Positions 28,217 to 36,023 of a stretch of DNA of 36,023 nt are shown here, one piece after another. The DNA comes from a bacterium (lineage in GTDB: Bacteria > Patescibacteriota > Minisyncoccia > UBA6257 > 2-01-FULL-56-20). Every line of letters begins with the position of its first letter. The first letter of the stretch is position 1. The notes under the pieces are model-generated. The model had not been told where the DNA came from, ran no database searches, and saw nothing but the letters and a program-made list of their open reading frames with translations. The stretch lies in contig JAKAGE010000001.1 in NCBI GenBank assembly GCA_021817655.1, forward strand, positions 1 to 36,023. The letters are read 5' to 3'. A program made the translations under genes and the position numbers.

Positions 28217-30121
28217 TTACCGAAACAGCTTAACCGCCCGCTCAATCCCAACAACAGGCTTACCAGACATAGAATTTTTAAAATACTCTTGAGTCTCCTT
28301 ATCGGTGCAATAAATATAACAACCCTTCATGCCTCGCGTCATCAGGGTACGATAAGTATTTTTAATGATCGCATCCGCTTTCTGAGCAGCCAACTCAGGA
28401 TTTTCCTTGAAATATTTTTTATACCCTTTTAACGAAGCATCTGTTTTTGCTCTTTTACTTGGATCGGTGATTATTTTCCCATCGCGCACAATTAAATCAG
28501 GTCCAATAATTACCCCGACATAATCGACTTCAAGGCCCTGACACGTATGAATGCAACCAATTTCATTCACGGAATTCGGAGAAATAATCCAAACATTTCC
28601 GTCGCTTGCAAGATTCCACTTCATCTCAAACCCATATTCCGGAATAGAAATATCCTTGGCGTTTTTATCTTTTTTAGTCCAATTCCAACAATATCCCGCA
28701 ACGAGACGAGCTTTATTATCGACCTTATTCTTTTTAAAGATAATATCTCTCAGCGCAATTGGAGAATCAAGAACCTCAAAATCATATTTAATATCATCGA
28801 GTGTTTTATTGGCTGTTTCTTCTATCTGTAGAACATTATCAAGCCACGCAAGATAGCCATCGGAGCCATTACAACGAAACTGTGATTCGAGCTTAAGGCG
28901 TTGTATTTTTGCTCCAGTTTTATTTGCCCATTTTTCAATTTCTTGAGTTTCGCCAATATCCCCCCAGGTTACTTTTTGATCCTCATCGATGAAAAATATA
29001 GAGCATTTTGCGGCTTCCATAATTTCCTTAATCTGATTCTCACCCATATTCTTAAACATTCCCGACCTTTCATTTAATCGATGAGCCTCGTCTACAATAA
29101 GCGCATTAAAAGTATTTTGTTTGCAGTTTATATAAGAGCCAGAGCTAGAAAACATATTTGAATATTCAGTCTTTTTAAGAGTCTTCGTAAGTTTAGATTC
29201 AAACACCGCGCGGGGCGCCGCATTTTTAGTGACATATTGAGTATTTAATCCAAGTTTTGTAATTGCAACCAAAAGATTGATGGCTACAACTGATTTTCCG
29301 GTGCCCGGACCTCCTTCTACGATGAGAACATTCTTATTCTCTTCGCCCGATTTTTTTGCCAATGCGAGCGCCGTCTCGTAAACAACTTTCTGATCGTCAA
29401 TCATAATGAATTCGGGATTGCCCTTGATCATCGAAGCAAGACTATCCGCTAAATTCTTAGATGGCCGAATATCGCCGTTATCAATTCTATAAAGCGTATT
29501 TTTATTATCGCCATGTTTTACAAACCGAGCAATAAAATCTTGGAGTTTTTCTTTGTCTCCTTTACAAAAGGCAGGCGCTTTCTGTAAATAGTCCCCGTAA
29601 AAAGTGTCTTTTACAACGCTTTCATCAACACAGTTATGCAAATATGCGCATGGCTCGAGTCCTATTTTTTCTTCATATACCGTTGCATTAAATCCATAGA
29701 GCAACGTCGCATACGACCACGCCTGATATGAAGGATGAAGATGCTCCCCCAATCCTTGTTTTAAACGAGTGATAACCATAGCATCTTTTTCGGTGGATTG
29801 GATTTCGGTCCACTGTTTAAGTTCCACGATCACCACCTTTTCCCCTCCCTGGTCATCGAGTCCGGTAATAAGAAAATCGATCCTATTTCGCGTTCGGGGA
29901 ATCGAATATTCGATTGCAACGCCAGCATCATCCGGTATCTTATCCGTATTCATTGCGTGATACATAGCATTGCCAAGCGAATTTTTCCACGATTCATATT
30001 CGCCGCTGCCGGGCTTCACGTCGATATTAAGTTTCTCTCTTACGCAAGCACGAACTTTGTCCTCTATATTGCTCGCAGCATCGTTTAAAAATCCTCTTTT
30101 GGTGCTGGAATAAACAATCAT
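28217..30121 (-). CDS. DUF2075 (Schlafen group 3-like helicase) protein with an N-terminal PD-(D/E)xK-like nuclease
   Basis: IEY..RIDFLI..IVELKQW; Walker A GGPGTGKS; IVDEAHRL; SQFRC; CIHTCQGLE; YRTLMTRG; AT-rich. Confidence 0.88.
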   Translation of the reverse strand: MIVYSSTKRGFLNDAASNIEDKVRACVREKLNIDVKPGSGEYESWKNSLGNAMYHAMNTDKIPDDAGVAIEYSIPRTRNRIDFLITGLDDQGGEKVVIVELKQWTEIQSTEKDAMVITRLKQGLGEHLHPSYQAWSYATLLYGFNATVYEEKIGLEPCAYLHNCVDESVVKDTFYGDYLQKAPAFCKGDKEKLQDFIARFVKHGDNKNTLYRIDNGDIRPSKNLADSLASMIKGNPEFIMIDDQKVVYETALALAKKSGEENKNVLIVEGGPGTGKSVVAINLLVAITKLGLNTQYVTKNAAPRAVFESKLTKTLKKTEYSNMFSSSGSYINCKQNTFNALIVDEAHRLNERSGMFKNMGENQIKEIMEAAKCSIFFIDEDQKVTWGDIGETQEIEKWANKTGAKIQRLKLESQFRCNGSDGYLAWLDNVLQIEETANKTLDDIKYDFEVLDSPIALRDIIFKKNKVDNKARLVAGYCWNWTKKDKNAKDISIPEYGFEMKWNLASDGNVWIISPNSVNEIGCIHTCQGLEVDYVGVIIGPDLIVRDGKIITDPSKRAKTDASLKGYKKYFKENPELAAQKADAIIKNTYRTLMTRGMKGCYIYCTDKETQEYFKNSMSGKPVVGIERAVKLFR

Positions 30122-30123
30122 CT

Positions 30124-30471
30124 TTAAAGCTCGTTATATTTAGCGTGACTTCCCTTAGCTTTTTCAACAGGATACTTTTTTTCATTCTTCTCCATCTTCT
30201 TATCAAGGGCATCAAAAACATCAATGCCGAGATCGTGAGATAATAGCAAAACCCAATACAGCGTATCAGCTAATTCCTCACCAATTTCAGTTTTATGGGA
30301 TTCAACATATTTCTCCATCTCTTGCGCGTTCTTCCATTGGAATTGTTCAAGAACTTCCGCAGATTCCAAAACCAGCGACAACGCTAAATCCTTCGGATTA
30401 TGAAACTGCTTCCAATCCCGAGCCTCTCGGAAGGCAAGCATTCTCTGCAAAATCTTTTCGTGCCGCTCCAT
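30124..30471 (-). CDS. MazG-like nucleotide pyrophosphohydrolase
   Basis: FREARDWKQFHNPKDLALSL..ESAEVLE.FQW, EELAD, KMEKNEKKYP. Confidence 0.92.
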   Translation of the reverse strand: MERHEKILQRMLAFREARDWKQFHNPKDLALSLVLESAEVLEQFQWKNAQEMEKYVESHKTEIGEELADTLYWVLLLSHDLGIDVFDALDKKMEKNEKKYPVEKAKGSHAKYNEL

Positions 30472-30553
30472 GAAATTAAATAAAGACTAAAAAATATTAA
30501 ATCTTTATTAAATCCTACCCCTCTAAAAAGGGTTTGTAAAATATAGCTATTTG

Positions 30554-30626
30554 CGCACCAGGCAGGAGTCGAACCCGCATCATCCCCGGTAGAATCGGGA
30601 CGTCCTATCCGTTGGACCACGAGGGC
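30554..30626 (-). tRNA. tRNA-Arg(UCU)-like gene with a defective acceptor stem (possible pseudo-tRNA)
   Basis: D arm GTCC/GGAC with GG and A20, anticodon stem TCCCG/CGGGG, loop AT-TCT-AC, T arm GCGGG-TTCGACT-CCTGC; acceptor GCCCTCG/CTGGTGC has two C.U mismatches. Confidence 0.7.
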
Positions 30627-30696
30627 AGAATATTGCTATTTCCAGCGCTTTTTAATCTCCGCTTAATCCCCCCATCCGTATAGTTAATCCCGCGGT

Positions 30697-30765
30697 GGGC
30701 CTCGCCCGGGTGCTGGGACCGGATTGCTACCCGCGCCCCAAGGGGTTCGACTCCCCTGAGGTCCA
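30697..30765 (+). ncRNA. tRNA-like element B (69 nt, tRNA-Ala-like acceptor and T arm, 8-nt loop)
   Basis: Acceptor GGGCCTC/GAGGTCC with G3.U70 and A73, then CCG; T arm AGGGG-TTCGACT-CCCCT; CGG-ATTGCTAC-CCG; reduced D region; TATAGT -10 at 30679-30684. Confidence 0.72.
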
Positions 30766-30804
30766 CCGCCCATACGGAATTATTAAAAATTTATTAAACA
30801 AAAA

Positions 30805-30832
30805 TTGACGATGAATATCTCTTTGTTATTAT
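30805..30832 (+). promoter_or_regulatory. Promoter of antisense sRNA B
   Basis: AT-rich upstream tract, TTGACG-16 bp-TATTAT with TGn extension. Confidence 0.75.
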
Positions 30833-30838
30833 GAAGCT

Positions 30839-30914
30839 CTGGGTAGCAATCCGGACCCCGATCAAAGCACCCTGCAAAGATCGAACAAAATATCCCTTCG
30901 GGGATTTTTTGTTT
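30839..30914 (+). ncRNA. Putative sRNA B complementary to tRNA-like element B
   Basis: 30841-30872 is complementary to 30708-30732 (14 contiguous bp, then 3 and 7 bp); terminator ATCCC-TTCG-GGGAT-TTTTTGTTT. Confidence 0.65.
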
Positions 30915-30976
30915 ATTCTTCCCCACCCCTCCCCCGGCAGAGAAGAACGTGGAGCAGCTTATATATGTAGGCAAGC

Positions 30977-31089
30977 GAGATAACAAAATATCCCATATGC
31001 TGAGGGGCTCCGCGGAGGCGCGAAGGCGCCGAGCGCGAGGGGGCGGTCAGCAGGCCGCAACCCGTCCCCGAAGCGTATGGGGTATTTTG

Positions 31090-31096
<7 letters not shown>
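30977..31096. repeat. 25-bp inverted repeat around a structured core, overlapping the fusA stop
   Basis: GAGATAACAAAATATCCCATATGCT / AGCGTATGGGGTATTTTGTTATCTC (two T.G pairs); core resembles the secY element. Confidence 0.85.
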
Positions 31097-33198
<2,102 letters not shown>

Positions 33199-33274
33199 GG
33201 TTCGTTGATTGTTATTATGAAAATTTTTTAAAAGGCGGCTCGTGCCGCCCAAAAGCGATCATGCAACGCTGATT

Positions 33275-33303
33275 ATCGTAGCACAGGAACGCCCATGGCG
33301 CAA
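33275..33303 (-). promoter_or_regulatory. Probable dedicated fusA promoter
   Basis: TTGCGC-17 bp-TACGAT with TGn extension; needed because a terminator follows rpsG. Confidence 0.55.
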
Positions 33304-33377
33304 ATGCATTGACCGTTTATCTGAAATATAGTATGTTTTTCCCAGCATTCCAGCGGCATCTGCCGCAAAGGAGAAGC

Positions 33378-33806
33378 ATGGTAACCATTGTTGTAGTAGG
33401 AATCCCTCTGGGATTCCCTGAAGAGAAGATGCCGCTGCTCGAGAAGGATCTCGTCATGCAAGGGATGTCCGCCTTCCGCATGCCACCGGAGCAGATCCGC
33501 GTGGCGGCCTATCGCGAGGGACAGCCGTTCTCGATGCGGCTCGAGGACATATTCTCGGTCGAAGCCGTCAAAGCGGACAGCATGTCCCGGAACCCGGTCC
33601 TGATGCGGGGACGGATCATACGGGCGATCAAACAGTATCCCCGCCTTCCCGTCGAGCCCGGCGAACCCGTGATCCTCCGCAGGGGAAGCGATCTCTGCAT
33701 GATCAGGGAGCGGACGTTCAGGGCGCTCCCCGGATGCGGCTCCGGGATGCTCGAACTCGTCCTGCGCATCATGCGCAGGAACGGTCTTTTCTTCAAGCCG
33801 GAATGA
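33378..33806 (+). CDS. Hypothetical protein with a C-terminal RNA polymerase alphaCTD-like (HhH) domain
   Basis: AAGGAG SD; LRRGSDLCMIRERTFRALPGCGSGMLELVLRIMRRNGLFF resembles the alphaCTD pattern. Confidence 0.65.
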   Translation: MVTIVVVGIPLGFPEEKMPLLEKDLVMQGMSAFRMPPEQIRVAAYREGQPFSMRLEDIFSVEAVKADSMSRNPVLMRGRIIRAIKQYPRLPVEPGEPVILRRGSDLCMIRERTFRALPGCGSGMLELVLRIMRRNGLFFKPE

Positions 33807-33854
33807 TCGTCAACCATGGCGCACCGCCACGGCCGAACCAACCAAGGAGGTCCA

Positions 33855-34136
33855 ATGGAAGCACAGGTCTTTCTTTATGACGCTTCATGCCGGGACAAGG
33901 TCCGGGAAATACCTCTTCCGGAATATTTTTCCCGCAAGAGGCTTGCGGACGCCGGCTATTTTTCGCCGGTGTTCCGGAGGAAAATTCTTGCATTGTGCAA
34001 GAAATTCCACATCCACACCATGCACCAGCTCCTTGCCGCGAGAAAGATGGAATTCGCGGGGACAAAAACGAGAGCGCCCCGAACCTGCACCGTCATCGAA
34101 CTCGTCCTCCTTGCGGACGGGATCGCCTGGCGATGA
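33855..34136 (+). CDS. Small stand-alone alphaCTD-like protein
   Basis: AAGGAGG SD; CKKFHIHTMHQLL...TCTVIELVLLADGIAW resembles the alphaCTD pattern. Confidence 0.6.
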   Translation: MEAQVFLYDASCRDKVREIPLPEYFSRKRLADAGYFSPVFRRKILALCKKFHIHTMHQLLAARKMEFAGTKTRAPRTCTVIELVLLADGIAWR

Positions 34137-34160
34137 TATGCCGACGGGGACCGCCCCATC

Positions 34161-34196
34161 AAAAAGCCGCGATGCGCATCGCGGCTTTTTCTTTTT
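34161..34196. terminator. Bidirectional terminator (rpsG / inserted ORFs)
   Basis: Perfect 30-bp palindrome AAAAAGCCGCGATGC|GCATCGCGGCTTTTT plus CTTTTT. Confidence 0.88.
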
Positions 34197-34218
34197 CCCC
34201 GATCCCCCGCGGACGGCG

Positions 34219-34686
<468 letters not shown>

Positions 34687-34724
34687 GGATTCGAAAGATT
34701 AAATATTCCTAAAATTTCCCTTGG

Positions 34725-35144
34725 CTATTTCGCTGCCTTCGCGCGCTTGGCGCCGTACTTGGAACGCTGCTGTTTGCGGCCATCGACGCCCGTCGCATCG
34801 AGCACACCGCGCACGACGTGATAGCGCACGCCCGGAAGGTCCTTCACGCGGCCGCCGCGCACCATGACGATGGAGTGCTCCTGCAGGCCGTGGCCGATGC
34901 CCGGGATGTAGGCGGTGATCTCCATGCCGTTCGTAAGACGCACGCGCGCCACCTTGCGGATGGCCGAGTTCGGCTTCTTCGGCGTCTGGGTGAACACCTT
35001 CACGCACACGCCCCGCTTGAACGGCGACCCGGAATCCACCGGGCGGTTCTTGATTGAATTGAAATAGTACGACAACGCCGGCGCTTTGGTCTTCGCCTTC
35101 TTGCTCGAACGGCCCTTCTTGATGAGTTGACGTACGGTAGGCAT
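34725..35144 (-). CDS. rpsL: 30S ribosomal protein S12
   Basis: [30 protein letters not shown]. Confidence 0.99.
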   Translation of the reverse strand: MPTVRQLIKKGRSSKKAKTKAPALSYYFNSIKNRPVDSGSPFKRGVCVKVFTQTPKKPNSAIRKVARVRLTNGMEITAYIPGIGHGLQEHSIVMVRGGRVKDLPGVRYHVVRGVLDATGVDGRKQQRSKYGAKRAKAAK

Positions 35145-35159
35145 AACGAATACCAGAGA

Positions 35160-35188
35160 ATTGTAAGCGAGACGGCGTTTCCTGTCAA
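35160..35188 (-). promoter_or_regulatory. Sigma70 promoter of rpsL-rpsG
   Basis: TTGACA-17 bp-TACAAT, 15 nt before the ATG. Confidence 0.85.
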
Positions 35189-35238
35189 ATAAATATGGCC
35201 GCAGGACGATGGTTCGCCCTGCGGCCGGGGTCTGAAGT

Positions 35239-35457
35239 TCAGAGCGCCGGCGCGCGCCCGTTTGCGGGCCGCGGAGGAGGATTCCTGTCGAAAAATCCCC
35301 TGAGCGCGGTGTCGCATCTTTTGCAACTGAGCGCATGGATCGCCACATCGCGCCCATGCCGCGAAATCAAAAGATCGTTCATCTTCCGGTCGTCCGATGC
35401 GCACGCATCCACTTCGGCGCAGATCGGATCCGCACATTCGACTTTTCCGTTTTGCAT
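35239..35457 (-). CDS. Small Cys-rich protein with an HxxxCxxC (ZAS/zf-HC2-like) motif
   Basis: GGAGG SD before [16 protein letters not shown]. Confidence 0.45.
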   Translation of the reverse strand: MQNGKVECADPICAEVDACASDDRKMNDLLISRHGRDVAIHALSCKRCDTALRGFFDRNPPPRPANGRAPAL

Positions 35458-35540
35458 GCTCTCCCTCCGAAAGAGATCATAGCGCACCGCAAATCCGCCA
35501 TCAAGGATGGGGATCAGGGTGTTTTATGTTTTTCATTTAG

Positions 35541-35611
35541 TGGACCCGAGGGGAATCGAACCCCTATCTATCGGATGCAAACCGATTGCTCTACCACTAA
35601 GCTACGGGCCC
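35541..35611 (-). tRNA. tRNA-Ala(UGC), CCA not encoded
   Basis: Full cloverleaf GGGCCCG/CGGGTCC-A with G3.U70; loop TT-TGC-AT; T arm AGGGG-TTCGATT-CCCCT. Confidence 0.96.
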
Positions 35612-35679
35612 GGGCGAAGGGCGCGCGCGAAGCGCGGACCCAAAGCAAGCCGGGAAATTTTCGTCCCTCTAGTTATATC

Positions 35680-36023
35680 CTAAAACAGCTTCCCCGCAAA
35701 GAGGGCAAAGACCGCGTTGATGACGGGAAAGATGATCGAGAACCCGAAGAAAACGAATATGAGCACAAGCAGCAATCCCCATCGCTCCATAAAATACATG
35801 AAGCGGTACGTGGCGGGCGTCGGCGGCAGGATGAGGAAAAGCAGCTTCGAGCCGTCGAGCGGCGGGATCGGCACGAGATTGAAGATGCCGAGGAGTACAT
35901 TGATGTAGACGATGATCAGGAACAGGAAGTATACGCCGTCGAGCGACCCCGTGAACGCCGGCATCGCTCCCCCGGCGGCGATCGCGCCGAAGATCGCCCC
36001 CTTCATCGCCGACCCGACAGGGA
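35680..36023 (-). CDS. Site-2 protease (peptidase M50), C-terminal part; runs off the window
   Basis: INVLLGIFNLVPIPPLDGSK (NxxPxxxLDG motif) with TM helices. Confidence 0.92.
   Translation of the reverse strand, partial: PVGSAMKGAIFGAIAAGGAMPAFTGSLDGVYFLFLIIVYINVLLGIFNLVPIPPLDGSKLLFLILPPTPATYRFMYFMERWGLLLVLIFVFFGFSIIFPVINAVFALFAGKLF

Noticed and set aside
30697..30765. Element B as pyrrolysine tRNA (same 69-nt length; CTA falls at the anticodon position in a pylT-like register)
   Set aside because: In that register the 6-bp anticodon stem (CCGGAT/CGCGCC) does not pair, position 33 is G, the discriminator is A, and no pyl genes are present.
21758..31089. Prophage or integrative element between fusA and tuf
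   Set aside because: No integrase, transposase or phage structural gene and no clear att direct repeat seen; mixed composition suggests piecemeal accretion.

Overview
Core translation region of a high-GC bacterium, very likely Patescibacteria/CPR (inferred from the absence of rpmD/L30 between rpsE and rplO and the scarcity of Shine-Dalgarno sites before core genes). dnaE is on the + strand. The - strand carries tRNA-Ala, rpsL-rpsG, fusA, tuf, rpsJ, the S10/spc ribosomal protein genes, secY, adk, a cmk-like kinase, map, a GT2 glycosyltransferase, greA and lysS. The cluster is broken by accessory insertions: two alphaCTD-like ORFs between rpsG and fusA, about 9 kb between fusA and tuf, and a secreted-protein gene between rpsJ and rplC. 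The 9-kb block holds an odd tRNA-Arg, an AT-rich MazG-like + DUF2075 pair, a YgjP-like protease, an XRE-Panacea/RelE-like TA pair, a SAM-I riboswitch before metK, tspO and dinB. The most unusual signal is two homologous non-coding modules (about 20176-20404 and 30679-30914). Each has a 69-nt non-canonical tRNA-like gene with an 8-nt anticodon-like loop, followed by a separately promoted and terminated ~70-nt sRNA complementary to that element's D region and anticodon arm. This is a candidate all-RNA toxin-antitoxin or tRNA-control system. All calls come from reading the sequence by eye; no searches were run.
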